IMG/VR virus record: IMGVR_UViG_3300017963_000282 | Location: 41 to 64,040 of that record | Source: a virus | Lineage: Duplodnaviria > Caudoviricetes | Direction: 5' to 3' (one strand) | Length of the DNA stretch: 64,000 nucleotides | Shown here: positions 18,656 through 28,317 of the stretch, piece by piece | Layout of the letters: each line of letters starts with the position of its first letter | How positions within the stretch are numbered: position 1 is the stretch's first letter | Made by a program: the position numbers and the translations under genes | The notes under the pieces: generated by a model | What the model saw: the letters and a program-made list of their open reading frames with translations, nothing else | The model's database searches: none | What the model was told of the DNA's origin: nothing

Positions 18656-19617
18656 TAAATAAATATATCCAAACCAGCTTCAACATTATCAATGTTTAAA
18701 TCCGTAAAATCTTGAGACGTGGTAGTTGTTTTAACTAGTTGGTCATAATCAATTGATTCAATCCGTAATCGATAAGTCATATCAGGCAGAGCTTCCATTG
18801 CAAAAAAGCCATCCTCATCCGTATAAACCGTTCGAAATACTTTGGAAATTCCAAATTCAGAATCTCTCAGATTTTTGTTTAAGCTGGGGATACGCCCTAA
18901 AGGAGGAGACAAATTAACCGATACATTGGTCACTGGTGATCCATCAGCATGAACCAATTTACCATAAATTACTATCTTATTAACGGGGTCATCTATGTGA
19001 TATTCCAATTGTTTTATTAAACTATATTGACCCGTTAATTCACTTATACCCGGATTAAAAGGACCAGTGGTATTCACAGCCGCAATTTTATAAAAATCTC
19101 CTGGAAGACCATCTCGATCTTCAAATTGTGAAGTGGGATTTCCTGTTTGCGCCACTGTAGCAATTTGATGATATAATGTTTGTTCTCTATTCCAATAGTA
19201 TCCTTCAACTAATCCTAAACCAGAAAGAGCTGTGCCACCAACTAATTCAAACATTTTCCCAACACCCGAACCCGTAGCTCTAATAATAAATCTATTGGAA
19301 TTATTCAAACTCACATCAGCTTCTAAATCAACTCCAGAAGCCGCAATCGCGGCCACAATTTCAGATGACGTGGCCGCCCCATTTGTCACCCCAGTTAATG
19401 TGATGGTCTGAAGGGGGCCTCCTCTAATTTTAACCGTTAATGTATCTGTATCTTGTACATTATAGGGACCATCGGCTGCTGGAAATGCCAGAGCCCCACC
19501 ACGAAAAAGCCTATATTCATCGGCATTTTCAGGCAATTCGAGCCATTCCAAAATAATTCCTTCTTGATCTTCACTCGAATTTAATAATAATCCTTTAACT
19601 TGCTTGGGCACCAACAT
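18655..19617 (-). CDS. Putative virion protein (FN3-like, inserted domain, carboxypeptidase-regulatory-like C-terminus)
   Basis: ILEW...YRLFR...FEDRDG...YKIAAV (FN3-like); YGKLVHADGSPV..V.V...TDEDGFF. Confidence 0.55.
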   Translation of the reverse strand: MLVPKQVKGLLLNSSEDQEGIILEWLELPENADEYRLFRGGALAFPAADGPYNVQDTDTLTVKIRGGPLQTITLTGVTNGAATSSEIVAAIAASGVDLEADVSLNNSNRFIIRATGSGVGKMFELVGGTALSGLGLVEGYYWNREQTLYHQIATVAQTGNPTSQFEDRDGLPGDFYKIAAVNTTGPFNPGISELTGQYSLIKQLEYHIDDPVNKIVIYGKLVHADGSPVTNVSVNLSPPLGRIPSLNKNLRDSEFGISKVFRTVYTDEDGFFAMEALPDMTYRLRIESIDYDQLVKTTTTSQDFTDLNIDNVEAGLDIFI

Positions 19618-20260
19618 TCCCTTTAATCTCCTGCTGGTCTAAAAGAAATTTAATTTGTTCAATATTTTTCTTGCCATATTTCCAATCCGCTTTCCAATTA
19701 AACAAATCAAAAAAGTTGATAATGGATTTACGATCAGACATTTCTAAATAGAAAAAATTACTTCGACGCATTTCTGTATAAACATCTACTTTAAGTAAAA
19801 GTTCTTTTAATTTGGATAATTCCTGTGGATATTTTTCTTCAATAGCTACTACTAATGGATCTCTGGATAAAATTTTCCCATGAATTTCCCAAATAACTCG
19901 TAAATAATCGGGAAATAAATGCGGAGAATTGATAATTTCTGGATTAGGCCTTCTCCTACGTGACCCTAAAAAATATCCCTTTTCCTCAAATTGTTCCAAT
20001 AATTCACTGTCTTTAATTACCAAATGATGTTTCCAAACACCAACTCCTGGCTTAACCTCTACTTGTGACCCACCTACAGTATAAACAGTGGATGGAAAAA
20101 ATTGCATGAATAAATCACGGACTATCGGAATAAATTTCCCATTTATTTTAGTAATCAATTTACCGGTATCTTTGTCTCTCCAGGTACTACCAGCATTTGC
20201 ACAATATGTGGCCAAACGCACAATATCCGGGTCGAACCAATCAATATGATCGAATCCCAC
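19595..20260 (-). CDS. Degenerate LAGLIDADG-like protein
   Basis: Two motif-like helices LATYCANAGS and YLRVIWEIHGKI, plus L.KLKELL.K.DV...YLEMS...IINFFDL; catalytic acidic residues not evident. Confidence 0.45.
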   Translation of the reverse strand: MGFDHIDWFDPDIVRLATYCANAGSTWRDKDTGKLITKINGKFIPIVRDLFMQFFPSTVYTVGGSQVEVKPGVGVWKHHLVIKDSELLEQFEEKGYFLGSRRRRPNPEIINSPHLFPDYLRVIWEIHGKILSRDPLVVAIEEKYPQELSKLKELLLKVDVYTEMRRSNFFYLEMSDRKSIINFFDLFNWKADWKYGKKNIEQIKFLLDQQEIKGNVGAQAS

Positions 20261-20284
20261 CTTTTAAACCCCCCCAAAATTTCT

Positions 20285-21067
20285 CTAAATTGAATAAATC
20301 TTTCCATCAACACAACATTTATAATCAATAATATGAACAACTTGATTAAACCATCTTCCATTGGGCAAAACACGAACGACATTAAAACCTTGTGCCCATT
20401 GATGGTGATTTTTTACATAATTAAAAGCTGGATGATCTTTATTTCCCAACCACCCACTTGAAATTCCACGAAGATTAGAGCCATCCAAAGTAACTACTTG
20501 AAATTCTTGTATCTTATGCACATGACCAAACATAACGGAAGTGCCGGCTCTTTTGACGGTATTGGCTGCCACATGCTCTCCAGCACTCATTGGTTCATGT
20601 CTGGCAATGAGCTTTGATCCCAACACATTATATTTTTGATATGGACCATAAGGAACCCATTTCCAACGTTTGCGATTTTTTAAATTAAAAAGTGTCTCGT
20701 AATCAATCAAGCCGTATAATTCCGGGGCGCGGTCTCGTATAAAGCGCGTAAAGCGATTCTCATGATTGCCTTCAATATACACTTTTTGAGATTTCGGAAA
20801 TAGCCGATCAATATCATCCAAAAAATTACCAACTTCGGCGATTTCCACTTTTAGCATTCTAGGTAAAGCTGGATCTCGGGCATAGTTTCCAATAACATAA
20901 CAATCTGATACATCTCCACCCAATCCAAATTCATCTAATCCTTCTCGTCTATTCAAATCCACAGCCACTTTCATCATCAATTTAAGAGCTTTTTTATCGT
21001 GATATGGTAGATGATGGTCAAAACTCCATATCGCGGTACGGGGACCCCGCTTCTTAAATACCGCCAT
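20285..21067 (-). CDS. Calcineurin-like metallophosphoesterase
   Basis: DHH, GDVSD, GNHE, RH, GHVH motifs. Confidence 0.88.
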   Translation of the reverse strand: MAVFKKRGPRTAIWSFDHHLPYHDKKALKLMMKVAVDLNRREGLDEFGLGGDVSDCYVIGNYARDPALPRMLKVEIAEVGNFLDDIDRLFPKSQKVYIEGNHENRFTRFIRDRAPELYGLIDYETLFNLKNRKRWKWVPYGPYQKYNVLGSKLIARHEPMSAGEHVAANTVKRAGTSVMFGHVHKIQEFQVVTLDGSNLRGISSGWLGNKDHPAFNYVKNHHQWAQGFNVVRVLPNGRWFNQVVHIIDYKCCVDGKIYSI

Positions 21068-21070
21068 AAT

Positions 21071-21712
21071 TTACTCCTCTCTGGCTTTATCTAATTCTTT
21101 CCAAACGTTTTTTAAACCACCTGCATCATAGAATTCTTTGAGTTGTTTTACCGTGAATCCATATGTACGATGAAAATGACCTAAATCACCTTTGAATCCG
21201 GGCCAGTTGCCCCCCCACCCTAATCCAAATGCTTCTCCTAATGCACCCAATGAATCCCAGGGTAAATTCTTATCCCAAGACCATTGGACGCCCTCTTTAA
21301 TTAAATCTTCATCAAAAGCTAAATCAATGGCAACTCCATAATTATGGTAACTCTGCCCGCCTTTAGCTTTTGTAACAATTTTCTCACCCGAAATGCCACG
21401 TCTGCCCTTCGCGTAATATTGATCTTGTCGTTTAAAAGACCGATATCCTTGTACCACATAAACATATAAACCTTTCATATGGGCAGCCAATAAAAATTTA
21501 ATAACTTGTTCCCGAAATGGAGGATAACAACCCTCAAGTCTTCGGTAAATTATCGGCGGCAATATCGGCTTTTTTTCTTCCATTTTCTCGTTTTTGTTCA
21601 AGAATTGTTTGGAGTTGTATAAAGGCTTGTTCTTCAGGTTGTACATCTCCGTGTACCCCATTCTCGAACCCTGGAAAATCTTTAATATTTGATTGAATAA
21701 ATTCTTCCACAC
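21071..21712 (-). CDS. M15-family L-Ala-D-Glu peptidase endolysin (true start uncertain, possibly 21583)
   Basis: QGYRSFKRQ..YYAKGR...IVTKAKGGQSYHNYGVAID...WGGNW..FKGDLGHF. Confidence 0.9.
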   Translation of the reverse strand: MWKNLFNQILKIFQGSRMGYTEMYNLKNKPLYNSKQFLNKNEKMEEKKPILPPIIYRRLEGCYPPFREQVIKFLLAAHMKGLYVYVVQGYRSFKRQDQYYAKGRRGISGEKIVTKAKGGQSYHNYGVAIDLAFDEDLIKEGVQWSWDKNLPWDSLGALGEAFGLGWGGNWPGFKGDLGHFHRTYGFTVKQLKEFYDAGGLKNVWKELDKAREE

Positions 21713-22106
21713 GGTTCCGAATATCCTTTGTGTTAATCATATAGCGTTCCCATTTACCATCCGGACTTATTAAATCTACCTGCGGAAACGATCTATATAA
21801 AAATAATCTTCTCTTATTGCCAATAAAACCAAAATAACCTAATAAATGTCGAGCTTTAGGAATAACTACTGGAAAAATTTGCTGACAATCAACATAAATA
21901 TATGGAACCCAATTACTTTCCAACCAAAGTTTGATTTCCTTACAAGTTGGACAAGATTTAATTCCATATAATACTATTTTAGCTTTTTTGGAATCACAGT
22001 AATCTGCCCAGCTAAGAATCACTTTAGATAAATTAGATTCAAATTCTGGCCTATTGGCCCATTTTACAATTTGATTTGCCCACTTGGCAATAAGTCCACG
22101 TAACAT
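21534..22106 (-). CDS. Glutaredoxin/thioredoxin-fold protein
   Basis: LYGIKSCPTCKEIKLWL...YIYVD and cis-Pro-like SFPQV. Confidence 0.7.
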   Translation of the reverse strand: MLRGLIAKWANQIVKWANRPEFESNLSKVILSWADYCDSKKAKIVLYGIKSCPTCKEIKLWLESNWVPYIYVDCQQIFPVVIPKARHLLGYFGFIGNKRRLFLYRSFPQVDLISPDGKWERYMINTKDIRNRVEEFIQSNIKDFPGFENGVHGDVQPEEQAFIQLQTILEQKRENGRKKADIAADNLPKT

Positions 22107-22115
22107 TATATCTCC

Positions 22116-23567
22116 TTATGGATTTTTCTGACATAAAGTTAATCGAATACTTTTTGGCTGATGACTCGCATTACTAATAGCTGTAGAACCACTAGCCCCA
22201 GACACATAAAAACTTTGATTCCTCCATCCAGATCCTACTCCGGGCTGAAAAGCATCGAAAACAAAACCAAATCCGGAATCAAAAATATCACAATCAAAAA
22301 GCGGTAAAATAACTCGATAGCTACCACTTCCATGGGTATGAGAACCATGGTTATGCGTATTACTTCCAAACGGCGTGGTGGTAGCTCCTCCAGCCGGCCC
22401 CGCCAATTGTAACCAAGTATCATTAGTACCCACATCTATTTTGGTAAATCCAGCTGGACAACTATCCGTTGGCGATAATGCCATCAATGGATTTGGAAAT
22501 TCACCAAACGGATATCCGGCTAACTTAGAATTAGGCACACTAGCATCTAATAATTTACTGCCTTGAATATCAGCAGTAGGCGATACATCGGCGTCAACAA
22601 TCAAACCAGTAAAAGGATTTACTCTCATTGGATGTGTTTGTCCCGAATCCCATACAGTACCTTCTACCCCATATAAACGTCCATCATCAGAACGATAAAA
22701 AATTGGAAACGCATTAGAATTATTGGGAATAGTGGTCCACGTACCATAAACTAAAGATACCGGATAATCTGATCCAGCATTCCGATCTAAATTCACATAT
22801 GCCACACTTCCTGATGTGGGTAAATCAAATCCACCCGGTAGGGCAGAAATAATGGCGTGACCCGCAGTAGATGGTTGAATTATTCTAATATTTGCATCAA
22901 ATGCAACTTTATTGGCGCCTACCACTTCCCAAGAAACATTACCGCCATTTACTATTTCTAAGTTCTTATCTTCATTCAGAAAAGATACGCCAATAATTCT
23001 GCGATTATCCGTTATCATAGCTGCTGTAATATTAGCATTTCCATCAAGGCGATCTAAAATCGCAATTGGCTCATAATGAATGCCGCCGTCATGTAAATCC
23101 CCAGTAGTGGTGGGAGGAGTACCCGTACCCTCATCTACCAGAACATCTATCACCAATTTAATTCTACGGGCAGTTTCACCAATATCGGCAAATTCAATAT
23201 CCGTATCATCAGCTGATGTTATTTCCATTTCTTGGGCTCGCAAATATACCACATCTTGTCGATCAGCTCCACTAGGAGTTGTTAAACCCTGAATATTATA
23301 TTGAGTTTCATTTTCTACAAATTCACCTTGAATTAAAGCTCTGCCCGCCGAAATAGTAATTTCATTTGGATTACCCGATTCTATGACTTGAAATCCTAAT
23401 GCAAAAAATCCATCGCCCCATAATTCTCGAAATGTGCGGCGTTTAGCGACTCGAAAGATATCCTGCATTTCATTAAATTCATCACTAGGAACATCTCGGC
23501 CTTTTTGATAAATCAGCTTTTGATAAGCTTTGGATTCATCATATAAATTAACAATTATATCAGCCAT
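22116..23567 (-). CDS. Baseplate-attached tail fibre (DUF4815-like N-terminus)
   Basis: YDESKAYQKLIYQKGRDV..DEFNEMQD, ISAGRALIQG, RQDVVYL; C-terminal CPAGF...THNHGSHTH. Confidence 0.75.
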   Translation of the reverse strand: MADIIVNLYDESKAYQKLIYQKGRDVPSDEFNEMQDIFRVAKRRTFRELWGDGFFALGFQVIESGNPNEITISAGRALIQGEFVENETQYNIQGLTTPSGADRQDVVYLRAQEMEITSADDTDIEFADIGETARRIKLVIDVLVDEGTGTPPTTTGDLHDGGIHYEPIAILDRLDGNANITAAMITDNRRIIGVSFLNEDKNLEIVNGGNVSWEVVGANKVAFDANIRIIQPSTAGHAIISALPGGFDLPTSGSVAYVNLDRNAGSDYPVSLVYGTWTTIPNNSNAFPIFYRSDDGRLYGVEGTVWDSGQTHPMRVNPFTGLIVDADVSPTADIQGSKLLDASVPNSKLAGYPFGEFPNPLMALSPTDSCPAGFTKIDVGTNDTWLQLAGPAGGATTTPFGSNTHNHGSHTHGSGSYRVILPLFDCDIFDSGFGFVFDAFQPGVGSGWRNQSFYVSGASGSTAISNASHQPKSIRLTLCQKNP

Positions 23568-23581
23568 TTATATAAATCCCC

Positions 23582-25222
23582 TTATTGCGGCTCAAAGAAA
23601 AGAAAAACATCAACATCATGCGGAACAAATTCCGGTATTACTTCTCGCAATCTCCGCGTTTTAATTGATGACAATTCATCTAAAACAAAGTAATTATTAC
23701 CAATAGCAGCCACTTTCGTTAAATCCCCCGATACCGTAATGGTAGTGGCCGTATTTCCAGTAATTTCAAAATCTTGGGCTTGTAGCACATTAGGATTAAG
23801 TCGTTTACCAACTAAAGAATCAATAGCTCCAAAATCGGCATTGTCATCTGTAAGGACATTGCCTACCAAATTGGTAGACCTGCCCACAAAATTGGCGACT
23901 CCTTCTATAATAACCAATACAGAGAGTGGAGAGAACTGTCCAAGAGACAGCAAAGAGCGACTACCACCCACGTAAAAATGTGCTGGATCTTTTGAAGTAC
24001 CTCTAAAACCTGGTGGAACTGTATTATCATAAGTTAACGAATGCCTCCCCTGTTGAACATAATACTCTGGTTCAATTCTATATTCTACACCACCTCCAGC
24101 TATCATGTCAAGACCTACTTCTTGAAAAACTGCGGGTGTTCCATAATTAGTTTTCTTTGGATTGACCGTCAAAATATCCGAAGTATTTGAAATTATTGTG
24201 AAATATTCCGTAGTGGAAAAGGTGTCAATATATAGCCGATAACCGCGCCACTGATCGTCTGTCCAACTTTGGCCGGTATCCTGTAATTCTATGGCAGAAA
24301 TACCTATTCCACCGATACCATCTAATCGCTCAAATGGAGGTGTTTTATTTTCAAAAATAATTTCCGTAGTAGTATTTCCCACAATCGTATAAAAAATATC
24401 ATCTAAAGGATCAGAAAATTTGCCATTTTGCCATAAATTAGAAGTAAAGGATTGATTGGTATCAATAGCTTTACGCGCTCCCGAACCAGTTAAATAGGAT
24501 AGCACTCTTTTTGTATCTGGGTCCCACCACCGAAACGTTAAATCCACAGCATCATCACATTGGGCATCCCAAGTCGTAAAAATTTTTATAAAATCAACTA
24601 ATCCACCACACGTTCCTTTGCGTTTATAGACACCTACTAATCCCAAAGCTAGCTGTCGTAAAACACGTAAATCAAATCCACGTTCTGGTTCAAAACCCCA
24701 CATTAAAGAATAAAAATCTAAAATATTTTCTGGAGCAATATCGGGCCGTCGCCAATACCCAGCGGTTAGTACAAAAGAACGATAAAAATCCATCATATTA
24801 CCTACGGACAACATCAGTTTTTTTAAAGTATTATTATCCCCGCCCAATACTTCATGAACGGCACGAATATCTGAAGCGAGCAAATTATAAAGTCTGTCAC
24901 CTTCTCCCCATTCCCGATAACTTAAAGCAAAATCTTGTCCAGTCAATCCAAAATCCCGATATGTGGACGTAGATGTATCATAAACAAAAATAGTATAATA
25001 ATAAAAAGTATCTGGATCTAAATCTTGATCTTCATACTCAACAATTGACGAATTTCCAGATGAAAAAACCAATGTACCTTCAGTAGAAAGCGGAAAAATA
25101 CTCAAAGCTCTGCGAATGCGAATTTCCTCATTGGCCGATAAATTCTCATCCAATGTCCATGATAACTGTATTCGACCTGGAAAACTTCCGGTCTGTACTT
25201 GAAAGGTAACTACGTCTGCCAT
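23582..25222 (-). CDS. Baseplate wedge / P2 gpI-like tail protein with FN3-like N-terminus
   Basis: LYNLL, PDIAPENILD....WG, YKRKGT..GL, EFVPHDV; follows baseplate J. Confidence 0.8.
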   Translation of the reverse strand: MADVVTFQVQTGSFPGRIQLSWTLDENLSANEEIRIRRALSIFPLSTEGTLVFSSGNSSIVEYEDQDLDPDTFYYYTIFVYDTSTSTYRDFGLTGQDFALSYREWGEGDRLYNLLASDIRAVHEVLGGDNNTLKKLMLSVGNMMDFYRSFVLTAGYWRRPDIAPENILDFYSLMWGFEPERGFDLRVLRQLALGLVGVYKRKGTCGGLVDFIKIFTTWDAQCDDAVDLTFRWWDPDTKRVLSYLTGSGARKAIDTNQSFTSNLWQNGKFSDPLDDIFYTIVGNTTTEIIFENKTPPFERLDGIGGIGISAIELQDTGQSWTDDQWRGYRLYIDTFSTTEYFTIISNTSDILTVNPKKTNYGTPAVFQEVGLDMIAGGGVEYRIEPEYYVQQGRHSLTYDNTVPPGFRGTSKDPAHFYVGGSRSLLSLGQFSPLSVLVIIEGVANFVGRSTNLVGNVLTDDNADFGAIDSLVGKRLNPNVLQAQDFEITGNTATTITVSGDLTKVAAIGNNYFVLDELSSIKTRRLREVIPEFVPHDVDVFLFFEPQ

Positions 25223-27858
25223 TAAGAACCTCCAACTACAGTGATCGTTAAATCATCCGAAACTAGCTGCAAAATTTGATTTTCCCGTGGGGTTAGATTA
25301 CCAACCAATGGTGAAGTCTGAAATACATAAATATCTGTAATGCCAGGATTAGTGGCCAATAAACCAAAAGTGATAGATTGATCGTCAGTTTGATATTCCC
25401 GCACTAACTGAAATTCATTCCCAATAGCCGGAACTGATCCAAACGCATTCACTAGTAGAGTATCTGATCCCGCATCATCATAATCCGTCACCTTTCGAGC
25501 TTGTCCTTCTAAAGTCCCATCAGTAAAAAATACTGTGTATTCATTATAAAAATCATCACCTTCCCCGCCGAGTGCGTCGCCACTAAACTGAGTCGCCGTG
25601 GGGGCTGGAATAGAAGCCACATTTGTTTTTAATCCTAGTCGGTAAGCCGGTGATACTGTATATCTATCACCTGCCACAGGAACAATTCCCGCGCCTAAAC
25701 TAGGAAATGTAAATTCTCCGGTAGCCTGGACAAAATTGGTTACTTTAACAGGAATATTGGCGGCTACCCCCTCTTTAAAAATTAAATACATATCGTTGAA
25801 ATAATCATCTGCAAATCCAGTGGCTCCGCTATCCCTAAAAGAAGTAGAACCAATGGATAAGGTCACCGATCCTTGATAAGCTTGTGGGTCAAATTTATTT
25901 GTTTCATATTTCAAAATTTCATATGTATTTCCAATTACTGCCACTTCAGATAATCCAGAATCTACAGTTACCGAATTAGCATCATTGGCAGTAACTAAAA
26001 ACGTTAATGTTTGTTCCGTATTAGGATTTACTAAATAACCCACTAATCGCTGTACGATTTGATACGATCCTGCGGCTGGAGTTCCACTGCCAGAAATCAA
26101 ATTTATATCGGTATCTGTATTCGTGTCAATTTCAAATTGACTTCCAGCAGAATCAATTAACGTTTGCCCGGAAAATTGATTAGTTTCAAAAAATTGACTT
26201 TCATCTACTAATTGATCGGCAGCTACACTACTTGAAGAACCTGTCTCCAATAAAAAGTTTTTAAGATTATCCTCTAAGCGAGTATCATTCAAAGATGTAG
26301 AAATTCCAAATATTTTATTTTTTAACAAAAATTCGGTGGTACTTTTTAATTCAGCTTCAAATTCTTTTCGTTCCGCATTAGACCGTATTTTTGAATCAGT
26401 GCCAATAAATTCAGGAGTTCCTGTATTGCTAAATTTTTTACCATATGGACTAGGTTTAATGGTAACACGATTATATTTAATACTCGCAATTCCCGTAATT
26501 GATTCTAATGTTTCATTGATATCAAAAATATCGGCACCACCAGTAGATTTTAGGAAAACCCCCTGCCCAAAATCCAAATTGTCAAAATCAAATAAATCCA
26601 ATAGGGCCACACTAATGGCATTTTCTACATCTTCATTTCTATTATTTGCTTCGGCCTGGACCCGTAAATTGATAGCCACTGGTTGAAAAATTGGGTCCCG
26701 AACAAAAACTTTAGTACGCATCATTTTTCGTGGCTCAAAATACACAACCACTTCATTTTTCAACGTTTGGGATGGTAATCCGCCACCCTCTGGTGCAATA
26801 TATAAATCTACATAGCGCACATTGGAGCTGTTAGTTAATGCAGCGGCTTTTGCCACCCCATCCACTGCTTTAGCGAGTGTGATATGATCGGATACGGAAA
26901 CGGCACGATCTCCAGCTTTAACAGATGCGGGCGCATTTACGCGAGCCTCTTCCAAACTTTCTTTATCACGACCGCCGGTAAAGGCACTCGCATTTGTTAC
27001 CTCAGTAATACCATCTCTAGTATCTACCAGAGTGTTAATTGCAGATGCATTAACATTTCCAAAATTATTGTCTTCCCTTTCAGGTAATAAAAATCTATAT
27101 GTGGCTTCAATATCTACTCCCAATGGGGGAATTACACCAAAAATTCCATTGCCGAATACGAGTTTTGTTTCATCAGCATCATTGGTCAATAAAGTGAAAG
27201 ATTTATCCGTAGATTGGGCAAAACCTAAATTAAAAATAGGTGTGTATGGCGTATTACCCACTAATACCGTAATATCATCTGCTAAATCAGTTAAATTATT
27301 GGATAAAATTACATTAGTTCGATCCAATGTAAATTCCTGACTCGGAGTACCTTCTGATTGGCCTAATGCGCCATCCCCTGCCACGGTTTCAGCTTTTGTC
27401 TCACCCTCTATGACATCTACGGTAATAGATGTGGATGCCGCTGGCACTAATGTTTCTTGTGTAGTTTCATATACTAATTCTCCATTTCCCACTTTAAATC
27501 CAGCCGGAATTGGAGTATTGTAATCAAATAAAGCGGCATCTAAAGTAAAAGTAACTTGTCCAGTTGCCGGGACTGCGGAAGATAATCTATAATCAAGCAT
27601 TTGAGCAATATCAATTACGGACTGACGCAATCTTGCCGTAGCCATAAAATTTTCAGTAGTTTGACGATCCAGGTAATACGTTAGAAGATCGCCCTCATAA
27701 GCAATCAACTCGGCAATTAGCACCATAAATTGGTCACTATTAAAATCGCTCCAGACTTCCGGAAATTTATTTTGGGCATACTCAAAAAAAGCTTGCACAA
27801 TGCCATTAAAATCTTTGGCATCCGTGTTAATCAAGCTAGTTAAAGTTATATCGCTCAT
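25222..27858 (-). CDS. Baseplate J/gp47-like wedge protein with C-terminal insertions
   Basis: KDF, WSDFNSDQF...ELIAY.GD.L.YYLD, TARLRQSV, YRLS.A.PA, FGNGIFG.IP, GGRDKE, RAVS..D. Confidence 0.9.
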   Translation of the reverse strand: MSDITLTSLINTDAKDFNGIVQAFFEYAQNKFPEVWSDFNSDQFMVLIAELIAYEGDLLTYYLDRQTTENFMATARLRQSVIDIAQMLDYRLSSAVPATGQVTFTLDAALFDYNTPIPAGFKVGNGELVYETTQETLVPAASTSITVDVIEGETKAETVAGDGALGQSEGTPSQEFTLDRTNVILSNNLTDLADDITVLVGNTPYTPIFNLGFAQSTDKSFTLLTNDADETKLVFGNGIFGVIPPLGVDIEATYRFLLPEREDNNFGNVNASAINTLVDTRDGITEVTNASAFTGGRDKESLEEARVNAPASVKAGDRAVSVSDHITLAKAVDGVAKAAALTNSSNVRYVDLYIAPEGGGLPSQTLKNEVVVYFEPRKMMRTKVFVRDPIFQPVAINLRVQAEANNRNEDVENAISVALLDLFDFDNLDFGQGVFLKSTGGADIFDINETLESITGIASIKYNRVTIKPSPYGKKFSNTGTPEFIGTDSKIRSNAERKEFEAELKSTTEFLLKNKIFGISTSLNDTRLEDNLKNFLLETGSSSSVAADQLVDESQFFETNQFSGQTLIDSAGSQFEIDTNTDTDINLISGSGTPAAGSYQIVQRLVGYLVNPNTEQTLTFLVTANDANSVTVDSGLSEVAVIGNTYEILKYETNKFDPQAYQGSVTLSIGSTSFRDSGATGFADDYFNDMYLIFKEGVAANIPVKVTNFVQATGEFTFPSLGAGIVPVAGDRYTVSPAYRLGLKTNVASIPAPTATQFSGDALGGEGDDFYNEYTVFFTDGTLEGQARKVTDYDDAGSDTLLVNAFGSVPAIGNEFQLVREYQTDDQSITFGLLATNPGITDIYVFQTSPLVGNLTPRENQILQLVSDDLTITVVGGS

Positions 27859-27875
27859 GCTTAAAAACCCCTACA

Positions 27876-28304
27876 TTATTCAAGATAGAGAGGATAAACT
27901 AAATTGCCAACCTCATTCGTTGAAATCAATTTAAAACTCACAAAAACATAAATCACATATGGATCATTTTCAGATGGAATTAGATTTACCAACAAATCTT
28001 TTATACGTGGTTCCCATTTTTGAATAGGATCAATAATCGCTTTTCGGACTTTCCTATAGGTGGGAGGATGATTAGGTTCATGCTTCAAAACTCCAATCAT
28101 AGACCCAAATTCTGGACGCCATACACGCTCTCCAACATAATTTCCCGTATCTGGATCTTGCTGTAATCTATGAAGTAAAATTATATTTATACCGGATTGA
28201 ACAATTCTACTCGAATCAATATCTTTTGCAAATCCACCATCCGGAGCTGTCCGCAATGGAAAACTTAAACCTCGTCCAAATATTTTATTTTTTACAATCG
28301 CCAA
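27876..28304 (-). CDS. gp25/GPW-like baseplate wedge protein
   Basis: GRGLSFPL, GERVWRPEFGS, WEPRI, NLVYPLYLE. Confidence 0.92.
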   Translation of the reverse strand: MAIVKNKIFGRGLSFPLRTAPDGGFAKDIDSSRIVQSGINIILLHRLQQDPDTGNYVGERVWRPEFGSMIGVLKHEPNHPPTYRKVRKAIIDPIQKWEPRIKDLLVNLIPSENDPYVIYVFVSFKLISTNEVGNLVYPLYLE

Positions 28305-28317
28305 TTTCTATATTTCC

